From assembly GCA_030390025.1 (NCBI GenBank), contig CM059433.1, positions 18,354,001 through 18,418,000 of the forward strand: a stretch of DNA of 64,000 nucleotides, written 5' to 3'. The notes below the pieces were generated by a model. It was not told the DNA's origin and did not search any database. It saw only the letters and a program-made list of their open reading frames with translations. Of this stretch, positions 12,867 to 25,800 are shown piece after piece. Position numbers and translations under genes: made by a program. The stretch comes from Squalus acanthias (lineage: Eukaryota). Numbering within the stretch: position 1 is the stretch's first letter; every line of letters starts with the position of its first letter.

Positions 12867-13786
12867 TGTAAGGCATTTTCTCTGATACTGGTCCCCCATT
12901 ACACACAGTTCTTGGACGTCAGGATTTATAAGAACAAAATACACACGGCACAGGGTTTTGGCTCAACCTTTGATTCATTCGTTTACTTCCCCAGTATAAA
13001 TCCCTACGATTTATATCAGGCTAACAAACCCCTACGCAAGGGTCATTTGCATCGACACAATATGACACAGTTAAACCTGTCCGCGATTTGACTGTTACAT
13101 ATAAAGTTACCCAGACTCGATCACAAAACCCTTATTGTGATCTGACTGAAACTCACAAACTTACTCAGACTCGATCACAAAAGCCCCCTCTATGATTTGG
13201 CTGAAACATACAATCACCACTCCCGATCGGCCGTCTCTTGGAGTTGATTGTCGGCCCGAATCTTTCTGTTCGCTGTTCTGCCGTCGGCTTCCACCACACA
13301 CTGTCTTCGAAGTGATCTTACTTTAAACCAAAACCAACTTCCTGTATTTCCTGGCCCCTTCCTGAGCATATGATGGCCACATCAAAATGTGTGAATTGTT
13401 CCTGGTATTGTCCATTGATTTGAGAGATCTTTCTGACAATGCAACCTTCCTGAAGTGATTGCATATGCGAGGTTGTTGGTTTCTGTTAGCCTTCGTATTC
13501 AAAAGGTTCAAAGCCCGGCCCATTGTCGAGGCCTGCTCTGAAATTGGTTATTCAGGGTCCATGGTCTAAGGTGAACAATGTAACCCCTTAAAGTACATGA
13601 ATATGCGAATGTTCTTGTATCTTCCCTGGACAGAAAACCTTCATATGACAATTCGGCCGCAATGTCTGAATTAACCCTTTATTGCCCAGCTCTTTTTGCG
13701 GGCTGTGCACTTCTGGGTTTTTATATTTCATAGTCCAATATTTTTACCGTTGGTGGGGTGGGGGGGAAGGAGGAATCGATCCTACA
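12867..13786 (-). mobile_element. Solo LTR (ERV or Gypsy type)
   Basis: Termini TGTAAGG...CCTACA with 4-bp TSD AGGG (12863-12866 and 13787-13790); non-coding; internal ~54-bp tandem duplication; strand is inferred. Confidence 0.7.
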
Positions 13787-14491
13787 AGGGTTATACAGTT
13801 ATGAAGTCCTAGGAGCCATTGAGTTAATGGCCCACCGAGTCGTCCTCATGAGGAAACCGGGATGAGCAAGAAAGGAGCGTTTAGGAGATAAATGGCCATT
13901 GCAGTATCAGTCACCTAGTGGCCAGAGATGAGAAAAGGATCACTATCAGATGACCAGCTTTTTCTTGTAACTTATCCAAGAGTGAGAGAAGACCCACCCA
14001 GATATGGGGATGATGCTCAAGACCTGAGCTTTAAAAGTAAGAGTAATTGGGAGGAGAATATACGTTTGGCAAATAGGAGGAAACCAAGCTTCCGAGAGGC
14101 AGATTTAGCAAAAGAGGAAAAAATGGGACTTCCACTTGAATTGTACATGTATGTTCATCTATATGTAACATGGTAGATCCCAGCTCCAGAATTTCTGACT
14201 TGCTGAAATAGGAATTTTAAGATTTGAAGCACAGTTTGCTCTTCAGAATGTGTAAGCCAGTTGTAAATAACTTGATTTGTTAACATGCATAATGATTTTC
14301 ATTAAGTATTAAGCTGATAAGTTTAAGAGTTATTCTCGCTGCTGGCTTTGGTAACTTGTTATTGGACTGGAAGTTAAGCCCAGTTTATGCTGCCAACAAG
14401 TGAGCAGATCAAAACTCCAATCTGATGGTCAGTGTAGAAATAGTAAATCTCATCCTCAGAACTGGTCCTGATTTTCAATTAGTTGCCTCTT

Positions 14492-15107
14492 AGGTAGATT
14501 AAAACCCCGATTTTTAACTCGGGTGGGAATCGGGCAGGCAGGGGCCATGGCTTGGGGAAACCCAGCATGAGGCCGAGGTAATTTTAACTCCCCGGCCGCA
14601 TTTGTATGCCCCCGGTCAGTTTCCTGCTCGAAACCAACAGGAAATGCCAGCTGGCCGGCGAGTGAAAGCTCAATGTCGAGTGGCAGGAAGTCTCGGCTGG
14701 AGACCGAAGGGATGGTCCCTAACACTCGGGCAAGTCACGGGGAGGGTCTTTCAGCAGGGGATCGGGGTGGAGGAGGTAGCCTGTGTTGGGGGAGGTCCAC
14801 AAGGAAAGTCCAAAAAATAAAAATGAACTTGCCTCTTCGGGTCCCGGCTTTTCTTCCCATTCGGTTGACCTGTCAGGAAAGCCACAACCACTTCCCTGCT
14901 CAGGCCCATCGTTGGAATAGCCGTCTTCTTCGATGACATCGTCTGAGCATATTTAATGAAGGACCCTGCCAGTTTCCAGTAGGTGCCCTTTTCACCTACT
15001 CCAAAGAGCAGGTTAAAATCGTAGCCTGTGCGAAGAGAGTGGTGATTTTAACTGCCCCACCCCCCAATAACTGGTTTCCACCTGGCAGACAGGGTTAGAA
15101 TCACCCC
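14492..15107. mobile_element. Degenerate Harbinger-type MITE
   Basis: Imperfect termini aggtagattaaaaccc / gggttagaatcacccc; GC-rich body. Confidence 0.45.
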
Positions 15108-15114
15108 TGAAATG

Positions 15115-16160
15115 TCACAACATCAAGACATTTAACCGAGTACAGCGCCAAAGAATCCTAGCAGAACTGAGATCTGTGAGGGTGAAGGGGAAAAACCCTC
15201 CAATGGCGAGGGTCACAGCTGACGCAAAGGAAGATGGCTGTGGTTGTTGGACGCTTGTCATCGAAGACACAGGGCATCGCTGCAGCAGTTGCTCAGGGCA
15301 ATATCCTCAGCCCAGTCATCTTCAGCTGCTTATCAATGACCGCCTCCATCATGCCAGGAGTGAGGATATTTGCTGATGATTCTACGGTGTTTAGCTCCAT
15401 TCACAACTCTTCTGACAATGAAGCAGCCTGTGCCAGCTTACAGCAAGACCTGGACAACATCCAGGCTTTTTCTGATAAGTGGCACATAAGTGCTAGACGA
15501 CGACTATCTCCAAGAAGAGGAAAAACAGCCATCTGCCCCTGACTTTCAACGGCACCACCATTGCTGTCTCCCACCATTGGCCAGAAGCTTAACTGGGCCA
15601 GCCATATCAACAACGTGGCTATAAAAGCAGGGCAGAAGCTGAGTACTTTGCAACAAGTGGCTCACTTCCTTTCTTCTCAAAGCCTCTCTACACCTATAAG
15701 GCCCAAGTTGGAATATGATGGAACAATTGCCACTTACCTGGATGAGTGCAGCTGCAACAGCATTGAAGAAGCCCGATACTATCCAGGATAGAGCAGTCAG
15801 CTTGATCGGTGCCTCTACTACTTGACTTGATAACCACTCTACCACGTATGCCAAGCTTACTTTGACCGCCTCCCAGCCACGTAACCTCTATCTGCCAACA
15901 AGAAGGACAAGAGCAACAAAATCATGAGAGCATCCCTTCGAATTTGCACATCATCCTGCCTTGGCCATATATTGCCATTCCTATATCATGGCTGGGGCAA
16001 AATCCTGGAATTCCCTACCTAACACCAGCATGGGAGCGTGATCAGGGCACTGACTGCAACGGTTCAAGGAGAAGGCCCACCACCATCTTCTCGGGGCAGC
16101 TGAAGACGAGCGATAAACGTGGCCTTGCCAGCAATGCTCACACCCTGAGAACAAATTTTT
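15115..16160 (+). mobile_element. Degenerate CR1/L2-group LINE, 3' part (RT and tail)
   Basis: QGNILSPVIFSC...RIFADD...LQQDLDNIQ; homologous to 36470-38070. Confidence 0.8.
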
Positions 16161-17159
16161 AAAAGTCTAATTTGAAAATCGTGCCAGAATCTGGGCCAAG
16201 CATTCTAACCCTCCATCAGCTGATTTGCAGGACACCCCTCAAAATACAGGGAATAATCTAAAGTACCAGGAGGTGGAAACACAACTTGGCTGCAGCACAA
16301 TTACGACCGTGCTTGTTACAACCTGATCTACTTGTCCTCCCACTCAGCTCACCTTTTGCAAAAAGTTCCTAGCATCGAACTGAGTCACTGTTTTTGCAAG
16401 TAGAACAAAATGAATTGGGGAGGAGATGGAATGTCTCTGCATGTTCCAGCAAGCTGTCCATGTATGTTAATGTGTGTGCATCGAAAGCTGATGTTTGCAA
16501 AACATTGGAAAATAATTTTTTTAATCTTATTTTACACGGAGAGCGCAAATTAAACAGGTTTGTGTTGTTGCAAATTTGATGGAGTCTACCAGAAAATGTG
16601 TTTTAGCAGAAGCAAAAAAAAGTTAGAAAGTGTATTTCATTTTATTATAATTTCACATTTTATTTACACCAATGAAAGATGAATCAGTCTTTTCCCTGCA
16701 GATTTAACTTGTGTGTAACTAGAATCGTGATAATTACCACTACTGACAGTGTCCACACTGTGTTTGTTAAAAAAAATTGAGAATATCTCTGAATTAGGGA
16801 ATGACTGGATTTATGAGAGCGAAATTCTCCAAACCACAAATTAACAGCTGCTGAAAACTACATGCTAACATGACTACATGCACTAGTCACACAGATTGTG
16901 GGAGCATAAGACCCCTAATGTTTGTGTGTGATGCAAAAAAAACACCAATTTTAGCTGAAACAGAATATTGTTCAATGAAGATTTCTTTAGTGAAAATGCA
17001 TGAACTAAGACACGTCTTTAAATTTAAATTTGTAATTGTCTGGAGCGGTCTCAGAGGTCCCGAGGCAGCATTATCAAAAAATTACATCAAAATGAAAAAG
17101 TTGCAGAAATGTGCGACAGCGGTGCTGAATTAATCACCGACAAAGCAGCAGAGAGATGA

Positions 17160-17496
17160 TAAAGACTTGCATTTATAAAGTGACTTTTACGACCTCCGGA
17201 TGTCCCAAAGTGCTTTACAGCATATGACGTACTTTTGGAGTGTAGTCACTGTTGTAATGTAGAAAACGTGGCAGCCATTTGCGCACAGCAAGCTCCCACA
17301 GACAGCAATGTGATGATGACCAGCTAATCTGTTTTTAGTGATGTTGATTGAGGGATAAGTATTGGCTCCAGGACACCGGGGAGAACTCCCCTGCTCTCTC
17401 TTCTTCAAAAAAAAATAAAAAAATAGTGCCATGGGATCTTTTACGTCCACCTGAGAGGGCAGACGGAGCCTCGGTTTAACGTCTCATCTGAGAGAT
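17160..17496 (-). mobile_element. Deu-domain SINE, 5' truncated
   Basis: Collinear with the copy at 805-1225. Confidence 0.8.
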
Positions 17497-17673
17497 GAAT
17501 GATGGAGGATTGGTTGTTCTCAAAGAGGAAGGTAACCTGTGTAGTTAGAGGCTCTCCGGAGTCACACTGAAAGTGCAACTGCCTCATCTGGTTGTGAATA
17601 TGGCAAACTAGCGAAATGGTGCGAGATGGTTTGAACAGACTGTGCTGACATCCATGCCAGCTGATTGAGTTAT

Positions 17674-17720
17674 TTATTCTGTGAGTAATTCCTTGCCTTA
17701 TTCTGAGTAATTCCTTGCCT
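17674..17720. repeat. Short tandem duplication (ttattct[gt]gagtaattccttgcc) x2
   Basis: Directly visible. Confidence 0.8.
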
Positions 17721-17912
17721 AAAGCCAGTGCAGCCTGTCTACTTCACTTAATGTTGATTCAGAATGTTCTTTTTCTGTCACTTAAGGAGGAGCCTTTCAA
17801 ATAGGGCTGTGGAATGAAAGATCGTTATTTAACTCACTGCATCTATCTCCAATAAACTAATATCTATTATGTTGGCAGATCTCTGCTTTGGGAGCTATCT
17901 AGCCAAAATAAT

Positions 17913-18259
17913 ACTCAGTGCTGCACTGTCGGAGGTGCCGTCTTTCAGCTGAGACGTTAAACCGAGGCCCCGTCTGTGTTCTCAGGTGACGTAAAAGATC
18001 CCAAGGCACTATTTCGAAGAAGAGTAGGGGAGTTATCCCCGGTGTCCTGGCCAATATTTATCCCTTAACCAACATAACAAAAACAGATTATCTGGTCATT
18101 ATCACATTGCTGTTTGTGGGAGCTTGCTGTGCGCAAATTGGCTGCCGCGTTTCCGACATTACCACAGTGACGACACTCCAAAAAGTACTTCATTGACTGT
18201 AAAGCGCTTTGAGACGTCCGTTTTTTTTTGGCGCTATATAAATGCAAGTCTTTCTTTTC
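17913..18259 (+). mobile_element. Deu-domain SINE, 5' truncated
   Basis: ctgtcggaggtgccgtctttcagctgagacgttaaaccgaggcccc core and gcgctatataaatgcaagtctttc tail. Confidence 0.8.
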
Positions 18260-19171
18260 TATCTACAATAATATATTAGCGTTTTTACAAAGGTCGCATG
18301 CTTTATTTAAAACTGTGACGTAAACACTTGCAATGGGCATTCCCATGTTAGGTTATGCTGATAAGGTTAGATGAAGTCGGGTGGGAGGAGGCTCATATGG
18401 AGCATAAACACCAGCACAGACCAGTTGGGCCAAATGGCCTGTTTCTGTGCTGTAAATTGTATTTAAGATGTCTGATTTATCTGTTGCATTCCCCTGTGAT
18501 GCCAGCAGATGGTGCTCCAATAGGATTTCCAATGTTAATCTGAACAGTGGCCCGTCACAGTTTCCTGTCATGCCACCTCCTCGTGTGGAGCCTGCTTATT
18601 CTTGCCACAACTTCTTCTGCTACATCTGCTGCGCGCATCGTAATAAATATATTGCAACTTATTAAAATATTTTATTTTTTTTCCCTTTCTCCAATTTCTT
18701 TCCTTCCTTCAATTTTTTTTTTCCTTTGAAATTTGCCCCTCCTTTGGTCCCCAATCTGCCTTGAAAGCTGTGCCTGGACCTTTGGCCTCGCTCCCCAACC
18801 CGATCGATCTCTTTTCAGGCCCCACTATTTTAAATTTCTAGCCCTGAATGGCTGATTTGTCTTTGGCAACCAACCCATTACCTGATTTATTTATTTTTTC
18901 CTTTCCCAGTCCCGCTCAGGGAAATCTTGCTGCTTCCCACTCTGTTGATGGACTCTGCTCATGAGCTCAACCTGGTCCTGCTGCTTTGCTTCTTGGCAAT
19001 CTTCACTTTTGCTTGACCCATCACCAGGCCCTGCTCGGCACCGCAGCCTCACTCTTCAGCCCCAGTATCTTAATATTGTGCTGGCGGTTCTGCTGCCGCC
19101 CTTCCAACCTGACGCCTGCCTTCACTCCCATAAGAAGTCTTGCTGTGGGGAATCCCCACCACATGCTGTTG

Positions 19172-19632
19172 AAAGAAAGAACTTGCATTTATAAAGTACC
19201 TTTCATGACCTCAAGACATCCCAAAGTGCTTCACAGCCAATGAAATACTTTTTTTTGGGAGTGTAGTCACTGTTGTAATGCAAGGAACAGCGGTGGCCAA
19301 TTTATGCAGAGCGAGGTGTCACAAACAGCAATATGCTAAATGACCAGATGACCTATTTTTAGTGGTAGTTGAGGGACAAATGTTGGCCAGGGAGAACTTC
19401 CTTGCTCTTCTTTGAATAGTGCCATGGGATCTCTTGCACCCACCTGAGAGAGCATATAACGCCCCAGTTTAACGTCTCATCCGAAAGACGACACATTTGA
19501 CTATGCAGCACTCCCTCAGTGCTGTGTTGAAGTACCAGCCTAAATTATGCACTTGTGGTTTTGGAGCGGGGCTTGAATGCACAACCTTCTGACTCAGAAG
19601 CCAGAGTTTCATCACTGAGCCAAGGCTGGCAC
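19172..19632 (-). mobile_element. Deu-domain SINE with tRNA-like head
   Basis: Diverged copy of the same family, including a head region at ~19560-19632. Confidence 0.75.
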
Positions 19633-19735
19633 CTGATTTAAGGTACCACCTGATGTAATGCTGCTGGTGGTGCCCCTTCGAGCCTGGTGCCCACCTCTGC
19701 TCCCATTCCTGCCTCTTTTCATTAAATTCGGCAGT

Positions 19736-22358
19736 CCTTCCTTCTTCTTCTTAGGCAGTCCCTCGGAACCGAGGATGACTTGCTTCCACATTAAAAATGA
19801 GTTCGCAGGTGACTGATGAGTCCAATGCGGGACCTACAGTCTCTGTCACAGGTGGGGCAGACGGTGGTTGAAGGGGCGGGTGGGTGGGGTGCTTGGGTTG
19901 ACGTGCGCTCCTTGCGCTACCTGCGCTTGGCTTCCGCTTGCTCCTGGCGAAGAGACTCGAGGTGTTCGCCGCCTTCCCGGATGCTTCTCCTCCACTTTGT
20001 GTGGTCTTGGGCCAGGGATTCCCAGGTGTCGGTGGGGATGTTACACTTTTTCAAGGAGGCTTTGAGGGTGTCCTTGAAGCGTTTCCTCTGCCCACCTGGG
20101 GCTCTCTTGCCGTGCCGGAGCTCCGAGTAGAGCGCTTGTTTTGGGAGTCTCGTATCAGGCATGCAGACAATGTGACCCGTCTATCGGAGCTGATCGAGCG
20201 TGGTCAAAGCTTCGATGCTGCGGATGTTGGCCTGAGCAAGAACACTGACGTTGGTGCGCCTATCCTGCCAATGGATTTGCAGGATCTTGCGGAGGAAGCG
20301 TTGGTGGTACCTCTCCAGTGCTTTGAGGTGCCTGCTGTACATGGTCCATGTCTCTGAGGCATACAGCAGCGCGGGAATCACTACTGCTCTGTAGACCATG
20401 AGCTTAGTGCCGGGTTTGAGGTCCTGGTCTTCAAACACTCTCTTCCCAGGCGACCGAAGGCTGCACTGGCACACTGAAGGCGGTGTTGGACTTCGTCGAT
20501 GACGTCTGCCCTTGTTGACAGTAGGCTCCCGAGGTATGGAAAGTGGTCCACGTTGTCCAAGGCCTTGTCGTGGATTTTGATAATCGGGGGGCAGTACTGT
20601 GTGGTGGGGGCAGGTTGGTAGAGGACCTTTGTCTTACGGATGTTTAGTGTAAGGCCCATGCTCTCGTACGCTTCGGTGAAGGTGTTGACGATGGTTTGGA
20701 GTTTGACCTCCGAGTGAGCGCAGATGCAAGCGTCGTCTGCATACTGTAATTCAACGACAGAGGATGGGACGACCTTGGATCTGGACTGGAGGCGACGGAG
20801 GTTGAACAGTTTCCCGTTTGTTCTGTAAATTAGCTCCACTCTTGCGGGCAGCTTACTGAGTGTGAGATGGAGCATTGCAGCAAGGAAGATCAAGAAGAGC
20901 GTTGGTGCGATGACACAGCCTTGCTTGACCCCGGTTCGTACGTGAATTGGGTCTGTGGTGGAACCGTTGGTCAGGATCACGGCTTGCATGTCATCGTGAA
21001 GCTGGCGGAGGATGGTGACAAACTTTTGAGGGCAGCCGAATTTGCGGAGGACACTCCATAATCCCTCACGGTTGACAGTGTCGAAGGCCTTTGTGAGATC
21101 AAAGAAGGCCATGTACAGCAGTTGGTGCTGTTCCCTGCATTTCTCTAATAATTGACGTGCGGTGAAGATCATGTGCATTGTGCCCCTTAGTGGGCGGAAT
21201 CCGCATTGCGACTCTGGGAGGAGCTCTTCGGCCACTGGGAGAAGGCGATTGAGGAGACACGTACAAGGCTTCATGGCAGCACCCTCGCTCCAAGCACTGG
21301 CATCTGCTGGACTACATCATCGTCCGAGCGAGGGACCGCAAGGACGTCCGCATCACCCGCGCCATGACAGGAGCTGACGACTGCTGGACAGACCACCGCC
21401 TAATCCGCTCTGTCATCTCCATCAATGTAGCCCCAAAACAGCGGCGGCAACAGAAACCATGCCGCAGGAAAATTAACGTTGGAGCACTCAAAGATCCCGC
21501 TAAGAAGGCCCTATTCAGCCTGCGCCTCACAAACAACCTGACGACTCCCAGTGATTCAGAGACAGAGTGCCCACAGCGCCTGGTCTGCACTCAAGGCCTC
21601 CATAATCACCTGTGAAGAGACGCTCGGTCACTCGACCAGGAAACACCAAGACTGGTTCGACGAGAACGACCAGGAGATCCAGGAGCTAATAAGCCGCAAG
21701 CGCAAGGCATTCCTGATCTGGAAACAGCAACAGAACTCGAGAGCAAGAAAGCAGCTCTACAGACGCCTGAAGGCCGAGGTCCAACAAAAAACTCGCGACC
21801 TAAAGAACAGATGGTGGGTGGAGAAAGTGCAGGAGATCCAGCAGCTAGCCGACAACCATGACATGCGTGAATTCTTTAGCGCAGTCAAGACCACCTACGG
21901 CCCAAGCACCCAAGGCCCTACCCCACTGCGGGCCAAGAACGGAGAGGTACTCATCAAGGACAGAGAGGCAGTCAGTGCTGGAAGGAGCACTTCGAAGATC
22001 TCCTTAACTGAGACTCTGTCTTCGACGCGAGTGTCCTCAACTCCATCCCGCAGCATGCTACCTGCCACCATCTCAGCACAACCCCAGCCCGGCATGAGGT
22101 TGAAAAGGCCATCCGACAACTGAAGAACAACAAGGCCTCAGGAGCAGATGGAATCCTCGCCGAGGCACTAAAGCATGGTGGAGAAGCACTACTGGCGCGA
22201 ATTCATGAACTCATTTCTCTTATATGGAAGGAGGAGAGCATGCCAGGGGATCTCAGAGATGCCGTAATTGTGACCATCTTCAAGAAAGGTGACAAGTCCG
22301 ATTGCGATAATTACAGCGGAGTTTTCCTGCTGTCTGCCACAGGGAAAGTCATCACAAG
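19736..22358 (-). mobile_element. RTE-clade LINE, 5' truncated, with an inverted 5' segment (21257-22358 on +)
   Basis: - strand RT motifs (PESQCGFRP, FFDLTKAFDTV, GVKQGCVIAP, LQYADD); + strand endonuclease/linker (ASWQHPRSKHWHLLDY...LSATGKVITRI); TSD aattcggcagt/aattgggcagt at 19725-19735 and 22359-22369. Confidence 0.92.
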
Positions 22359-23054
22359 AATTGGGCAGTAGGCATCTAGGAATACATAAATATATATATT
22401 TTAATGAAAAACTAAATAGATGTGGCCTCTATTCACAAAATTCAGCAGGACTTAATGAATGTATTAATGTAGTCTCAATTAATTAAATTGGACAGCAAGG
22501 AAGGTAGGAAAAATGTAATAAATGCAAATTCCATTCATGGAGTCCAGTTTCTGGAGCAGAGAGATGGCCAGAAGTTGGTTTGATAGGTCTCCACCTCCAC
22601 TCTACCTGTTCAAACATCCCTAATCCCCAATACTCATTACTCACCGATGCCAGCTCCAAATTATTCACTTCAACCGATGACCAAATATCCATTAGCCTCA
22701 ATGTCTATTTATCATCATCCGAGCTCTTCACTCTCTTATAAAATGCTATTTCCTTTGACTTCCCATCAACAGATCCACTAGTCACAGCAAAAATTCCAGT
22801 TCTGCACAGCCAGCATGCAAAGCACAAAATTGCGTGATCCCAGCCCATAATTTTGGTTCATAAAACTAACGCTTGGAAAATCACAGGCTGGCAGTGTGCA
22901 ATTTAGCAATATATGTGTCTATTGCGCACCAGGAGTGCTGAAGTGCAATTTGTACCTGTAAAACCTGATCCACTGTTACTTCTGTAGCTTAAAGCTTTGC
23001 TGCAACGTCCCAGTATTTCCACATGTTGTAAAAATGGTGAGATTGTGTAGAATG

Positions 23055-23470
23055 GGCCTATACTATCTGGAGTTTAGAAGAATGAGAGGTGATCTCATTG
23101 AAACACACAAGATTCTGAGGGGGATTAAGAGGGTCGACGCTGAGAGGTTGTTTCCCCTGGCTGGAGAGTCTAGAACTTAGGGGACATGGTCTCAGGATAA
23201 GGGGTCGGCCATTTAGAACTGAAATGAGGAGAAATTTCTCCACTGAGGGTTGTGAATCTTTGGAATTCTCTACCCCAGAGAACTGTGGATGCTCAGTTGT
23301 TGAGTATATTCAAGGCTGAGATCAATAGATTTTTGGACTCAAGCGAATCAAGGGATATGGGGATTGGGCAGGTTAGTGGAGTTGAGATCCAGGATCAGCC
23401 ATGATATTGAATGGTGGAGCAGGCTCGAGGGGCAGTATGGCCTACTCCTGCTCCTATCTCTTATGTTCTT
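23055..23470 (+). mobile_element. CR1 LINE 3' end
   Basis: Matches the 61775-62188 tail, including gatcagccatgat...aggctcga...ggcctactcctgctcct. Confidence 0.85.
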
Positions 23471-23635
23471 ATTTTTGAGGCTATCAATGTGAAATAGACA
23501 CTGCAATCTTTGTCTCACATGGATTAAGTTCTGCATTGTGTGAAGTCATTTATTCTATCTGCTTCTTGACTGCACTGAATAAAAAGGGAATAATATATAT
23601 AACAGCACAATATCTACAATGCTTGTAAAAATATC

Positions 23636-24359
23636 GGCCCAGAAATTCCATTTGCAGCCCTCCCGCGGGCGGAGGGCTGCGATTTGGAAAAATCTGCGCC
23701 TGGACCGGAAGGATCCCGGGAGGCGCAGAATTCCGTTGCTGTGCCTCTTCAAACTGCCGGTGTGCAGGGCACGCGCATCCCAGGGGCGCAGGTAGTTCGC
23801 AGCGTCCCTGGGATCACGTGGGCCATGGGGAGCCAATCAGAGCAGGGAATCTCCATTCATAGATTTGACAGGAAGACCTGTCAAATCTATGAATAGAGAT
23901 CAGCCCCAAAACATAAGTAAAACTTCAAATACATTTTTTTTAAAACCTCACATTTTTAAAATGACTATAAATTACATAAATTTAAATTTTTGTTTAAAAT
24001 AGTTATTGAAAAAAATAATTAAACTTACCTTTTAAAGTATTTTAAAATGATAAATCAGTGGAATTTTTTTTATTTACTTCAACTATTAGCCTGGTAAAAG
24101 CAGGCCTTGCGCCTGCTTTTCTAGGCGCAGCTGTTCCCGACTTACCTGGACTCAAGCAATTGTGAGAAACTTTGTTTTTTTCCCAACGTACGCACTGCCT
24201 ATCCGGCGCAGGCTTTTGTCCAGTCAAGCCCTTTCTGCAGAGAACGGAAGTTCCGGTTTCCAGCGCATGCGCAGTGCAAGCGTAAAACCGGCACTTCCAT
24301 TGGCCCTACGGGTGAGTACACAGCGCGTACTCGCCCGTAGGGAACGGAATTTCTGGGCC
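23636..24359. mobile_element. Harbinger-type MITE
   Basis: Perfect 14-bp TIR ggcccagaaattcc and perfect 3-bp TSD ATC. Confidence 0.88.
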
Positions 24360-25363
24360 ATCAAATGTAGTTATTTCTACACCACAAGTATTTGGAACTT
24401 CAACATTCTGAGCCTTTGGTTTCTAATCATTGGAACTCCCTCTACAAATCACTTCACCTCTTCTCTATTGTTCGCCACCTTTAAAAGCCTTCTCAAAACA
24501 CATCTCTTCTACCAAGTGTTTGCTTATCTCTCCTAACACTCCAGCAAAGACTCCTCCACCCATCCCCCCTGAATCTCCTTGTGATGTTTCACCATATAAA
24601 TGAAAGTTGATGCTGTCTTTATTGTTTTGATAATCATCCAGAATTCTACGTTCGGAAAGGTGAGAATGAAAGGAAACCCTGAAGTTTCATTTTTTTTAAA
24701 ATATCAACACTGAAGGTTATGTTAAAAGTGATCCAGCATTTTGCTTCGGTCTTAAACATTTAAAGCTAGAAGTTACCGTTGGTGGATTTAGCAGACATGA
24801 CCAGAAACCACATGACACTAAAATTCAGATTATCCAATAACATGCCAACAATAAAATCTAGGGTTCTATTGAAAGTGGCTCATTAGGAATCATAAACATT
24901 GATTCTTTGTAAAGGGTCTTTACACTGTATGGAATGTGCAAGAGGTTATATTGTTGCTATACAAGGAATTGTCTCAGATTCCATATGGAGTACTGTGTGC
25001 AATTCTGGTCACCTAATTGTAGCAGAGATATTAATGTCCTTAAACAGTTAAAGAGGTGAGCAACTAAAATTAAACTGGGTATCTGCAAAACTAAGGTGTG
25101 AAGGAATGTTAAGGAAGATGACCTTGCTCTTCGTGGGATAGAGATTAGACTGAGGCAACCTCATTAAAGTTTTCACTGTTGTGTAGGAGATTCACTTAGC
25201 TGATTCGGGAAAATTCTTCACAATGCTGAATGTTTCAAATACTAGGCGACAACTTTAAAATGAGGTTAAGTTTCAGTAAGGGATGCTTTCAATTCTTGAC
25301 ATTGTTACTTATGCATTGTTCAGGTAAGTTCACACTAATTGAATAAAGATCATTGTCCAATTA

Positions 25364-25800
25364 GGGGCAACACGGTGGCATAGTGGTTAGCACTGGTGCC
25401 TCACAGCGCCAGAGACCCGGGTTCGAATCTGACCTCGGGTGACTGTCTGTGTGGAGTTTGCACATTCTCCCCGTGTCTGCGTGGGTTTCCTCCGGGTGCT
25501 CCGGTTTCCTCCCACAGTCCAAAAATGTGTGGGTTAGGTTGATTTGGCTATGATAAATTGACCCTTAGTGTTAGGGGGGATTAAATATGTGGGGTTATGG
25601 GGATAGGATGGGATATGTTAGGGGGAATTAAATACGTGGGGTTACGGGGGTAGGGTGGGATATGTGTACTGTGGGGATTAAAGCAGGGACAGGGTACTGG
25701 ATTTGGATGATCAGCCATGATCGTATTGAATGGCGGAGCAGGCTCGACGGGCCGAATGGCCTACTCCTGCTCCTAGATTCTATGTTTCTATGTTTCTATG
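25364..25800 (+). mobile_element. V-SINE (HE1-like) with an internal tandem duplication and a CR1-type 3' tail
   Basis: ggggcaacacggtggcatagtggttagcac head, gggttcgaat B-box, V domain, ends in (tctatgtt)n. Confidence 0.85.

Noticed and set aside
20381..22123. Long ORFs (297 aa on -, 190 aa on +) as a divergent gene pair
   Set aside because: They are the two halves of one inverted RTE insertion with frameshifts.
25364..25445. tRNA gene
   Set aside because: It is the tRNA-derived head of a V-SINE, followed by the V domain and a LINE tail.
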